Shown: in pieces, positions 10,088-17,668 of the stretch | Layout of the letters: each line of letters opens with the position of its first letter | Position numbering within the stretch: the first letter of the stretch is position 1 | Origin: a virus | Taxonomy: Duplodnaviria > Caudoviricetes | Length of the DNA: 64,000 bases | Reading direction: 5' to 3' (one strand) | Virus record (IMG/VR): IMGVR_UViG_3300011767_000002 | Location: 1 to 64,000 of that record | Translations under genes and position numbers: made by a program | The notes under the pieces: generated by a model | Told to the model about the DNA's origin: nothing | The model's database searches: none | What the model saw: only the letters and a program-made list of their open reading frames with translations

Positions 10088-10294
10088 ATGATGAATCGAG
10101 TACCGAATAAAGCAGTCCTACAAGCAGACCTTGAATTTATCACTACAGTCCTTGAGAGTATAGAACAAGCCGCTAAACTAAGACAAGAACAGCTCAACCT
10201 AGCTGTACTCGATTATGTATCCAATGACCTTACTGAAACTCGCAATACCCTTATGATCCGTAAAGTATGGCTTGAGAATCGTTTGACACACTAG
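10088..10294 (+). CDS. Hypothetical protein
   Basis: 68 aa helical-looking ORF following an AT-rich region. Confidence 0.5.
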   Translation: MMNRVPNKAVLQADLEFITTVLESIEQAAKLRQEQLNLAVLDYVSNDLTETRNTLMIRKVWLENRLTH

Positions 10295-10303
10295 GGATGG
10301 GAT

Positions 10304-10441
10304 ATGCACACAGCGATCTTGTTATTGGCGATGGCATTGGTTGGGATATTAGGCTGGTGCCTGTATTGGGCCTATGAGAAGTTGCAGAAGACCGGGGATG
10401 GTTGGCCATTCCGATTGGGGCCTGTGGGCTGCTTGAGGTGA
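10304..10441 (+). CDS. Small membrane protein (45 aa, not in supplied track)
   Basis: MHTAILLLAMALVGILGWCLYWAYEKLQK...; aggga upstream; follows the previous stop. Confidence 0.45.
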   Translation: MHTAILLLAMALVGILGWCLYWAYEKLQKTGDGWPFRLGPVGCLR

Positions 10442-10775
10442 TTGCATTCGGTTGGTTCTGTTATCAGCATGTGCGGATTGTGAACATCGCATGGTGATGT
10501 GTCTGAGGCCTGACTGACGACATAAGGGAGGAGCCACTGGCTCCTCCTGTTATGTTGGATGTCACAAATCACCGATGTTGAGATTAGGGAAGGCGCGATC
10601 CTCACCCCAGATGATGCGCCCTCGATGTGCCGCCATAATCATGCTGTGTAGCATTGTAAGTCACCAAAGTAAGCCAATAGAAAGAACCCTCATAGGATTC
10701 GTCGGACTACACCGTCAATAAATAAAAACCCTGTATATGGGTGTGGTCAAGGAAATACCTTGATCGTGAAATACG

Positions 10776-11150
10776 ATGAGGAAACATGGAATGGACACAG
10801 TTAAACTCTCGTACGACGCTACAGCTTGGCAGGAGGTTCAGTGCCCCACGACTGTAGACTCGGTACTGCGCTTTATCAACAACTGCGAACGTGACTTGCG
10901 ATTATTACCTATCTTGGCCAAGAGCGGTGACCAAGAGACGGGATTGGTCTATGAAGTCATGGTCTCGGATGACCATGAGCACCTGTACATGGTGCTCGAT
11001 GGAGCGTGGACTATCCATGAGCTTAAGGTCGCCCCAGAAGGGGGATTGGACCTGATTGAAGTGTATACGCCTAGCAAGGGTCAGGCAGATACCTTAGCGC
11101 ATCTGTCAACGACACTTAAGGCGTCGAAAGGCTTTAGTTTAACCTTGTAA
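10776..11150 (+). CDS. Hypothetical protein
   Basis: 124 aa ORF with normal composition, no competing ORF. Confidence 0.6.
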   Translation: MRKHGMDTVKLSYDATAWQEVQCPTTVDSVLRFINNCERDLRLLPILAKSGDQETGLVYEVMVSDDHEHLYMVLDGAWTIHELKVAPEGGLDLIEVYTPSKGQADTLAHLSTTLKASKGFSLTL

Positions 11151-11168
11151 AGCTCAATGGTAAAATTC

Positions 11169-11194
11169 GATTCGAATCCGGAATGATCATACAT
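11169..11194 (+). promoter_or_regulatory. Putative early promoter, ATTCRA-N12/13-TACAT class
   Basis: gattcgaa-N12-atacat, same spacing as the copies at 11938 and 62034. Confidence 0.55.
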
Positions 11195-11291
11195 CATTTC
11201 ATTGAAGTGGTCACTTCTTTGTCTTAGATAGCGCGTCCTTTAAGTTACAGGGATGTAAAATCGTAAAAAACTACCGGCATGGATTATGGTA

Positions 11292-11427
11292 TAAGGGACA
11301 GGTACCAATGCCCTTACATAGCCCCGAGCGTGCGATAGGCAATAGCCATCGCCCTCGGGCTATGACCCTATGTCAGTCTGCCGTTATGTCGACCTCACCT
11401 AAGGCGCTGCAGATAGCTTCTTTTTTT
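11292..11427 (+). ncRNA. Structured ncRNA candidate, copy 1
   Basis: taaggg/ccctta stem with acaggtaccaatg loop; catagcccc-gag/ctcgggctatg outer stem enclosing gcgataggcaatagccatcgc; ends at a T-tract; no ORF over 60 aa. Confidence 0.6.
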
Positions 11428-11474
11428 GGTTGCAGGGACAAATGGTAAAAAATAACAAAGCTGACCTCTTGTAT

Positions 11475-11580
11475 AGGAGTAGGTACCGTTGCTCCTGAGA
11501 TCGTCACAGGTGCGCGATAGGCAATCGGCCATCGCCCCTGACGATCTACTATGCCGTCAGTCGGAGTTTACTGGCGGTGA
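11475..11580 (+). ncRNA. Structured ncRNA candidate, copy 2
   Basis: aggagt/gctcct stem with aggtaccgtt loop; agatcgtca/tgacgatct outer stem enclosing gcgataggcaatcggccatcgc; ccgtcagt/actggcgg 3' hairpin. Confidence 0.6.
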
Positions 11581-11613
11581 TGACCACCTTGCACTACCAC
11601 GAGGGAACCGTAC

Positions 11614-11802
11614 GTGACCACGACATCGCGTGCAGCCAATGATACCCCAGTGCTTGATCGTCCGTTACCTGTGCCCAAGGAGTCTGTGGCATTGGTCAAC
11701 CGGGTCTTATGTGATGCCTCGGATTACCGTCCGGCCACAGGACCCTTGCAAAAGATATTGTTGTGCGCTGCTCATAAAGCGTACGACCTGGCGCGGCGGT
11801 AA
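11614..11802 (+). CDS. Hypothetical small protein
   Basis: 62 aa, GTG start with gaggg upstream, followed by a terminator. Confidence 0.4.
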   Translation: MTTTSRAANDTPVLDRPLPVPKESVALVNRVLCDASDYRPATGPLQKILLCAAHKAYDLARR

Positions 11803-11880
11803 ACGCTAGCTGCGAGCCGTTCCGTTACAATGTTCACCCGATCTCCTCGCAGCACCTTACCGCTGGCGGTTGCCCAGCAC

Positions 11881-11925
11881 TGACCAGAAAGGCGCTTCGG
11901 TGCTTTTCTGGTCAGGTTCTTTTTT
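11881..11925 (+). terminator. Intrinsic terminator
   Basis: tgaccagaaaggcgc-ttcg-gtgcttttctggtca stem-loop then ttctttttt. Confidence 0.8.
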
Positions 11926-11937
11926 GCCACCAGAATC

Positions 11938-11975
11938 TGATTCGAACATTTTTCAACGATACATAGTACAGGTGA
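11938..11975 (+). promoter_or_regulatory. Putative early phage promoter
   Basis: 38-bp element with 35/38 identity to 62034-62071, each upstream of a small-gene cluster. Confidence 0.75.
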
Positions 11976-12025
11976 GCACGGAGAAACCATCTCCGGCCCT
12001 TAACCTTAATCGTTGGAGATGTATC

Positions 12026-12565
12026 ATGAGTAAAGAATTGGCTATGGGTCTGGGCATTGCGGGTGTGGCTGTTGCTGGTTTCTTCATTAAGCGGGGCTTG
12101 CAAAAGCGGGCGATCAACAAAGCCCAGAATGATCCAAAGTTGGTCGAGGCGGTAGTCAAGGCCGCCGCGTTGGACGCTCGGGTCACGGAACGAGGTACCT
12201 CTTTGAGCGACCCAATTGAAACCTTGGCGATTCATGCATTCGATCGGCGTTTCAAAGAAGCCTTGCCGTGTCATTTCGATCTGGCGTGGGCGAACGGTAC
12301 GGGTTATTTCAATAACGCGGTGAAGAAGCCAATGGACGTTGGTTCGGTTTACAAGACCTTCGACGACACCGGTCGGCGACTTCTTTTGATCGGAACCGAA
12401 CATGGAACCGTAGTGCTCTTCGACCGTTACACCCCAGGCCAGGGCCCATCGGTGATCGTCAGCAACACCCCTCGGGAACTGCGTGACTTGATTCCGAACG
12501 GGGCCTTGGATGCCGAATCCCTGGATGAGATCTTCGACACCCTGATCGACACCGTCAATCAGTGA
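12026..12565 (+). CDS. Membrane-anchored hypothetical protein
   Basis: Start MSKELA with ggaga RBS; Gly-rich N-terminal TM then KRGLQKR; soluble domain with WANGTGYF motif. Confidence 0.7.
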   Translation: MSKELAMGLGIAGVAVAGFFIKRGLQKRAINKAQNDPKLVEAVVKAAALDARVTERGTSLSDPIETLAIHAFDRRFKEALPCHFDLAWANGTGYFNNAVKKPMDVGSVYKTFDDTGRRLLLIGTEHGTVVLFDRYTPGQGPSVIVSNTPRELRDLIPNGALDAESLDEIFDTLIDTVNQ

Positions 12566-12621
12566 ACCATAAGGGCTGGGAGCTCCCAGCCTTACCTCCC
12601 CCAAGTTTAAAGGAACTTATC

Positions 12622-12726
12622 ATGTTTGCACGCATCGCTACCACCGTCGTTATCCTTGTCGCCGCCAACATCGCACTGGACATGTATGCCACGTCGAAGT
12701 TTCGCCAGAAGTTGATCAGCCGTTGA
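12622..12726 (+). CDS. 34-aa single-pass membrane peptide (not in track)
   Basis: aaggaa RBS; MFARIATTVVILVAANIALDMYATSKFRQKLISR. Confidence 0.55.
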   Translation: MFARIATTVVILVAANIALDMYATSKFRQKLISR

Positions 12727-12845
12727 TTTACACCCTGTCCGAGTTGCCCGGATTACGCTTATGAAACACCTCGAACCTGTCCAATAACCCTTTCGCCAAA
12801 CCGACTAGGGCCGGACCATTAACCCCGTGCGTTAGGAGCTTTCGC

Positions 12846-13109
12846 GTGACCATTATGAATACACAAACCTTACGTTTACCGCAACTTGATGAGGAGTTTC
12901 CATTCTTCACCTGCATGGTCCTTGAGGGCCGGGAACTCATGGTGTCAGCCAGCGCCATCAATCTGAAGAAGCTTCCGGTGATGACCTTCTTCCGGGACTT
13001 CTATTACCGCCTGCCGACCGGCGAATATTGCAAATGCGCGGCCGTAACCTGCAAGTACCCTGAGTGGGCCGACCGTTTCTTCGAAGATGTCCACACCTAC
13101 CTAGGTTAA
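12846..13109 (+). CDS. Hypothetical protein
   Basis: 87 aa, aggag RBS upstream. Confidence 0.55.
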   Translation: MTIMNTQTLRLPQLDEEFPFFTCMVLEGRELMVSASAINLKKLPVMTFFRDFYYRLPTGEYCKCAAVTCKYPEWADRFFEDVHTYLG

Positions 13110-13133
13110 CCCCAGCCCAAAGGAGGGCGTACC

Positions 13134-13298
13134 ATGTTTAGTAAATTGTTCAGCAATAAGACTCACGCTCTCCAGACGGAGCTGACCCATGCTACCCGTA
13201 TGTTCGCACATGCCATGCGTGTCTACGGCATTCGCAGCACACAGGCGTTGGCTTACGAAGCCAAAATCAATCACCTCGAAGCCATGCTGGCTAACTGA
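13134..13298 (+). CDS. 54-aa hypothetical protein (not in track)
   Basis: aaggagg RBS; MFSKLFSNKTHALQTELTHATRMFAHAMRVYG... Confidence 0.6.
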   Translation: MFSKLFSNKTHALQTELTHATRMFAHAMRVYGIRSTQALAYEAKINHLEAMLAN

Positions 13299-13312
13299 TT
13301 AGGAGTGTCACC

Positions 13313-13447
13313 ATGAGCAATACTACTTTCGCTGTTCTGGCTGTTGGCGGGGCTATCCTTGGCAGCGCCCTGGGCTACAAGGCTGTCAAGGCGCTGCCAG
13401 ACCGTTTTACTGTGTTCGGTAAGACCTTCGTCCGTAAGACAAACTAA
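13313..13447 (+). CDS. 44-aa single-pass membrane peptide (not in track)
   Basis: aggag RBS; MSNTTFAVLAVGGAILGSALGYKAVKALPDRF... Confidence 0.6.
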   Translation: MSNTTFAVLAVGGAILGSALGYKAVKALPDRFTVFGKTFVRKTN

Positions 13448-13461
13448 GTAAGGACTACCTC

Positions 13462-13833
13462 ATGCGCGTTGTCTCCTACGGCGAATTCTGCTCGTTACCA
13501 GAAGGGACTCTTTACTGCCGCCTTCATGCCGGAATCTTTGGTGAGTTTGAAATTAAACGGTCTATGGTGGCTAATGGAGACTGGATGTTTCAGGCACTGT
13601 CCCCCATCTATTTCGAACCTGATGAAGAAGAAGGTTCGTACTTCACGACCCTGGACCGGTCACTGAAAGAGAAGGCTGAGCTTAAACTGGATTTCGACTA
13701 CTTCCATACGAACAGCGACTACGATGACTTTCATGGCATGACAGCGGCATCTGGCAAGTACACATTTGCTATCTTCACCAATGAAGAAATCATGTCGATG
13801 ATGGGTCGGTTGGCATTTGCCGCTGGCCGGTAA
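13462..13833 (+). CDS. Hypothetical protein
   Basis: 123 aa, aagga RBS, followed by a CATA...TATG hairpin. Confidence 0.65.
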   Translation: MRVVSYGEFCSLPEGTLYCRLHAGIFGEFEIKRSMVANGDWMFQALSPIYFEPDEEEGSYFTTLDRSLKEKAELKLDFDYFHTNSDYDDFHGMTAASGKYTFAIFTNEEIMSMMGRLAFAAGR

Positions 13834-13844
13834 TAGCTCGACGG

Positions 13845-13877
13845 CATAGAGAGGCGCCCTAGGGCGCCTCTCTTATG
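13845..13877. terminator. CATA...TATG hairpin between convergent genes
   Basis: cata-gagaggcgccc-ta-gggcgcctctct-tatg then tttctttttt. Confidence 0.75.
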
Positions 13878-13897
13878 TTTCTTTTTTGTTTAAATCA

Positions 13898-14086
13898 TTA
13901 CCCTTGTCGCCGAAAGTGGTTGACCAGGTTAACAATGCTGTAGCCATCGGTCTCAAGGTCGCGGTCAGGATGATGTGCATCGTGTCCTGATTGTTTAAGC
14001 CAGTCCAGTGCAGACTGGTACCCTTCCGGGGTCAGTGGGAAATCAACATGGGTCGAGTGTGCAGTAATGGCAGGTGTGGACGACAT
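13898..14086 (-). CDS. Hypothetical small protein
   Basis: 62 aa, convergent on the hairpin at 13845. Confidence 0.45.
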   Translation of the reverse strand: MSSTPAITAHSTHVDFPLTPEGYQSALDWLKQSGHDAHHPDRDLETDGYSIVNLVNHFRRQG

Positions 14087-14166
14087 GATAGGGGCACCCT
14101 AGTGAGATAATTCAGCTAGGGATAGCGCCCTCAGCTGTGAAGAGTCATAGAATGGGTAAAACCAAC

Positions 14167-14400
14167 TTAGTTATGGTTAAACGGTTTCTGTCCCATCAAC
14201 TCTTTACTGCTGACCCAGAACGCCTGGTCTCCAGAGGGAGTGTGCGCCACCCGGTAAGGGTATTCTGCACCTTTCTGGTAGTCGATGACGTATAGCTTAT
14301 CGCCTCGAGTAGCATGATAAAACGTAGGGTGGTCGCCAGTGGCGGGGGTAGTGATTTCCCTTGTGGCGTACACGGTAGTGCCTGTTTCAAAGAGAGGCAT
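14167..14400 (-). CDS. Hypothetical protein, possibly SH3-like beta barrel
   Basis: 77 aa, aagga RBS; GDKLYV...YxV...FWV pattern. Confidence 0.5.
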   Translation of the reverse strand: MPLFETGTTVYATREITTPATGDHPTFYHATRGDKLYVIDYQKGAEYPYRVAHTPSGDQAFWVSSKELMGQKPFNHN

Positions 14401-14508
14401 GACAACATTCCTTACGGTGAATAATTCATAACACAGGTTTGGGCAGTTTAAAATGATGCGACATAGAGAGATGCCCTAGGGCATCTCTCGTCTGTTTCTT
14501 TTTTTGGA

Positions 14509-15228
14509 TCAGACCTTCAGGTTCTTCGGGTGCAGCCCTGCCACCAATTTCTGCGTGACTTTGGCGCAACATTCCGCTTTGGTGATCCGGCCATCTTTAT
14601 TGATGTCCAATCCTTTGTTTTGCACGTAGGTCGTTGGACGGGTCTTCTGATCCCAGAGCACGTAGTCATCGGGTTTGCCGACTCCTGCTGGCCAGAGGAT
14701 GCGAAGGTAGATGTCCCCGAGCGTCTTCAGTTTGCCCTTGTACGGCTGGAAGAACTTGTGCACAAAGATCAGTTGCTCTTCGGCCGTTAGCTTCACCAGC
14801 GCGCCTACAGTGGTCCCACAGTCTTTAGCCGCGGCGGCTCCAAACTGAATCAGGCCGTAGTACGGGGCGCCTGCCCCGTTCTTGATCGTAGGAGAGAAGG
14901 TCTCACCGGTTTCAAACGCCATGCACGCCATCAGTTCATCGGCACCGGTATAGGGCATGTCCAGGCTGTCTGCAATGTGACGGGTTATACGGATGAACTC
15001 AGTGCTGACCTTCTCAGACCAGGCCGTGGCTTTGCAGTACGCAAAGAGGGTGGCATTAATCTCATTGGCAGCCTGACCGGGTTGCTTCAGCTTGCTCGCC
15101 AAGCGCCGCGCGTTCATGAACGACCCATGACTCAGAGGCCCCCATGCGCCGTCAATAGTGCCGGTGTACAGTCCCATGGCCTTCATGTTGCGCTGCAGTT
15201 CTTTTAGGGTGTTAACTGTGGCTGCCAT
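14509..15228 (-). CDS. Modular endolysin: peptidoglycan-binding domain plus lysozyme-like/transglycosylase domain
   Basis: Start MAATVN with gaggt RBS; LQRNMKAMGLYTGTIDGAWGPLS = PG-binding motif; AFETG catalytic Glu, YYGLIQF, NKGLD. Confidence 0.85.
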   Translation of the reverse strand: MAATVNTLKELQRNMKAMGLYTGTIDGAWGPLSHGSFMNARRLASKLKQPGQAANEINATLFAYCKATAWSEKVSTEFIRITRHIADSLDMPYTGADELMACMAFETGETFSPTIKNGAGAPYYGLIQFGAAAAKDCGTTVGALVKLTAEEQLIFVHKFFQPYKGKLKTLGDIYLRILWPAGVGKPDDYVLWDQKTRPTTYVQNKGLDINKDGRITKAECCAKVTQKLVAGLHPKNLKV

Positions 15229-15871
15229 TGGCGACCTCACTTTGAATGTGCGAGAGAATACGGTCGTAGCAAGCCCGTGTGGTATCGAACGGGTAATCGG
15301 CTAGCGACGATTCGAAGGACTGGTCTGGGGTGGCAACGAATTGCCAGTCGAACCGCAGTCCCTGACTGACGATGGTCAAGGGAGTATCTGCTGTGGCTTC
15401 AAGTCGCGTGATGTGCACGGCATTGGCGTACGCGTAAGGCGACTTACGTTCTAGTGCCCGCCAGACACTGGCACTGGTCACTTGTTCAGCGGCTTCCTGG
15501 CTATAGCTTTGCAGCGACATGGGGTCAGCAATGGCTTTTTTGGACAGGAAGTCATTGATGATGGCATCTTCCAAATACAGCATCTTACGCACCAGGCTCG
15601 GCTTAGTCCGCAGGTACAGCTTACGGACATTGGGCCGGTTCTTGGGCACGTATTCCTGAGCCGTGCCGCCCAGGTGCGGAGGGAGGCTGTCGGCGGGCCA
15701 GTGTTCCAAGGTGTAACCCACAATGGCGTAGCGCAGGTCACTTAAGAAGTTAAATACGGACACTTCTTTGATGCGACAATTAGCATTGATCTGAAGACCA
15801 TTGTGGTCATTCAACCGCGCCACCCGGAAATGACCGCGGTCAGGGTGAGGATATAGGGGTTCGTCGCTCAT
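15212..15871 (-). CDS. Hypothetical protein downstream of fibre genes (possible assembly chaperone)
   Basis: 219 aa, overlaps the endolysin start; function inferred from position only. Confidence 0.5.
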   Translation of the reverse strand: MSDEPLYPHPDRGHFRVARLNDHNGLQINANCRIKEVSVFNFLSDLRYAIVGYTLEHWPADSLPPHLGGTAQEYVPKNRPNVRKLYLRTKPSLVRKMLYLEDAIINDFLSKKAIADPMSLQSYSQEAAEQVTSASVWRALERKSPYAYANAVHITRLEATADTPLTIVSQGLRFDWQFVATPDQSFESSLADYPFDTTRACYDRILSHIQSEVANGSHS

Positions 15872-15888
15872 GAATCACCTTAAAGGTA

Positions 15889-17055
15889 TCAGCTTTCAAA
15901 GAACGCAATCACTTGGTCAAGAATGCCGTATGTCAATGGGTTGGCACCGTAAGGCAGTCTATCGACCAGAACAGTGTTATCACACCATCCGGTGGACTGT
16001 GCGGTGGGAACTTGGTTATTGTCCTTACCGTGCCAGCACTTAGCCGGGTAGTAAGGCTTAATGGGTACTGCAGAAGCTTTCAAGGCAGCGGTAGAACCGC
16101 CCAGATATCGAGTCAGGCCGGTATTAACCGTCGAACCAAATGTCAGCGTAGGATCAAAGATTCCGTTAATCCCTGCAAACTTGGTGATCTGAACAATGCG
16201 TTCGTACTCGGTCAATGCCCGTGCAGCAATCAGCGCACCTGCACCGATCGCAAGGACATACACCTTACCGTACCGTTCTTTAAGCAACTTCAACTGTCTC
16301 AAAAGTTCGACATGCGCAGTGTCAATTGTCTTGACACCTGAGGAGGCTTCTGGGAATCGAAGTCGATAGCCATGGTAATTTTCCAATGCCAAGCGGGTGA
16401 TGATCCCATCGATGGCCGGAACGGATTCGTTATATCCAGGCGTTGTTTGGAAGTCATCGCTGTAGACCACAGCTACCGCTACATCACTGCTCTGACCACT
16501 GACAATGTACATCGGGGCATTAAATGCCCATGGGCGTGTTTCGTCACCACTGTAATCGGAGATGTAGTAGTAGTGCCAGTGACTGCCTGCTGAACTGGTG
16601 GTAGATGATCGAGTCCTCAAATAACCCATTCTGGTCCATCCTGATTCAGGCGTGACCTCATAGCAGTGAGAATAGTAATAGGGAGATGTCCCCGACAATC
16701 CTGTCAGGGAATGGGTTCCGTGGCTGGCAGAGCTTATACCCACTGAGTGAGTATGTGCAATCATGCTGTCCTCGGTTCTCTTCCCTACATCCGTTTGACT
16801 CTTGACCGGCTTTAGGAAATAATTTCCAGGGGCAGGAAGGCGGAATGTGCTGCCTTCGGTTCCATTCCCGGCATAACTACCACTGGTGTAGTAGTGTCCT
16901 ATCTTTTTAAATAATTGGGGAAATTTACTGATCTTGACTCGATCACCGTTAGCCGGCAGGCGACCCGGCATGGCTTCACGAGTCAGACCTTCTACGTATA
17001 CCCCTGCGTAGGGGGTGGGGTCGAGTCCCACCCCCATGGATTTCATACCGATCAT
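15889..17055 (-). CDS. Tail-collar/HxH fibre protein fused to a degenerate alpha/beta-hydrolase domain
   Basis: PANGDRV..FPQLFKKIG..GSTFRLP collar motif; HTH/HWH motifs; C-terminal VYVLAIGAGA and WHGKDNNQVP. Confidence 0.7.
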   Translation of the reverse strand: MIGMKSMGVGLDPTPYAGVYVEGLTREAMPGRLPANGDRVKISKFPQLFKKIGHYYTSGSYAGNGTEGSTFRLPAPGNYFLKPVKSQTDVGKRTEDSMIAHTHSVGISSASHGTHSLTGLSGTSPYYYSHCYEVTPESGWTRMGYLRTRSSTTSSAGSHWHYYYISDYSGDETRPWAFNAPMYIVSGQSSDVAVAVVYSDDFQTTPGYNESVPAIDGIITRLALENYHGYRLRFPEASSGVKTIDTAHVELLRQLKLLKERYGKVYVLAIGAGALIAARALTEYERIVQITKFAGINGIFDPTLTFGSTVNTGLTRYLGGSTAALKASAVPIKPYYPAKCWHGKDNNQVPTAQSTGWCDNTVLVDRLPYGANPLTYGILDQVIAFFES

Positions 17056-17059
17056 GTCA

Positions 17060-17659
17060 TTATCCTAGGTGGATGCATAGAACCGCGCCGTAACCTTTCG
17101 GTTCTACAATTCCACGATTGTTTGCCGTGGGGATGCTGCTCCCGCTAGTACTGCCGCCACTGTGGCTATGACTGCTGTGTCCGGCTGTACCGGTGGTTGG
17201 ACCGTAACGTACTGAGTTTTGTCCGCCGGCTGCACTGGTATATACCGGTCCGGACGACCCTGTCAGTTTTGAACCACTGACGCTCGGATGAGTGTGGTTA
17301 CCATCGCTATCAGTCCACCCACTATGGTAATGTGACTTGAGTTGTCCTGCCACAACTGTACCGACTGCTTTATTCAAGTTTCGACCACTGCTGTTTTTTG
17401 AGTTCCATGCACGAACGAAGGTCGCGTCAACTCCAGCGCCTGCATTATAATCAGGTAGTCGAAAATGCGCGGCTGACCCTACAGTGGTCTGACCGTGAGT
17501 ATATCCAAATATCCCGAACAGCACAGGGTTATCCAATACTGGCAGCCATCCGCCACTGAGTGGCATCCAGGGGGCGCTAACGCTCGCACTGCTTAAGTAG
17601 CGGACAGAACCTGCCAGTTTCATTTCGGTGGCGCTAGACGGATTTTCTAATTTGATCAT
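17060..17659 (-). CDS. Short tail-collar domain fibre protein with HxH motifs
   Basis: LFGIFGYTHG..HFRLPD collar motif; HYH, HTH, HSH; ends like collar proteins (EPKGYGAVLCI). Confidence 0.7.
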   Translation of the reverse strand: MIKLENPSSATEMKLAGSVRYLSSASVSAPWMPLSGGWLPVLDNPVLFGIFGYTHGQTTVGSAAHFRLPDYNAGAGVDATFVRAWNSKNSSGRNLNKAVGTVVAGQLKSHYHSGWTDSDGNHTHPSVSGSKLTGSSGPVYTSAAGGQNSVRYGPTTGTAGHSSHSHSGGSTSGSSIPTANNRGIVEPKGYGAVLCIHLG

Positions 17660-17668
17660 TGTCGCCCC

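Noticed and set aside
11538-11544. CTGACGA resembling the hammerhead core CUGANGA
   Set aside because: No downstream GAAA core, and the equivalent position in copy 1 is different; the bases are part of a paired stem
11292-11580. CRISPR mini-array or CRISPR-repeat mimic (Racr)
   Set aside because: Only two units; similarity to type I-F/I-E/I-C repeats is limited to a few bases (ATAGGCA), and the units covary structurally rather than repeating exactly
11912-12604. 230-aa minus-strand ORF
   Set aside because: Antisense to the RBS- and promoter-supported 12026-12565 gene
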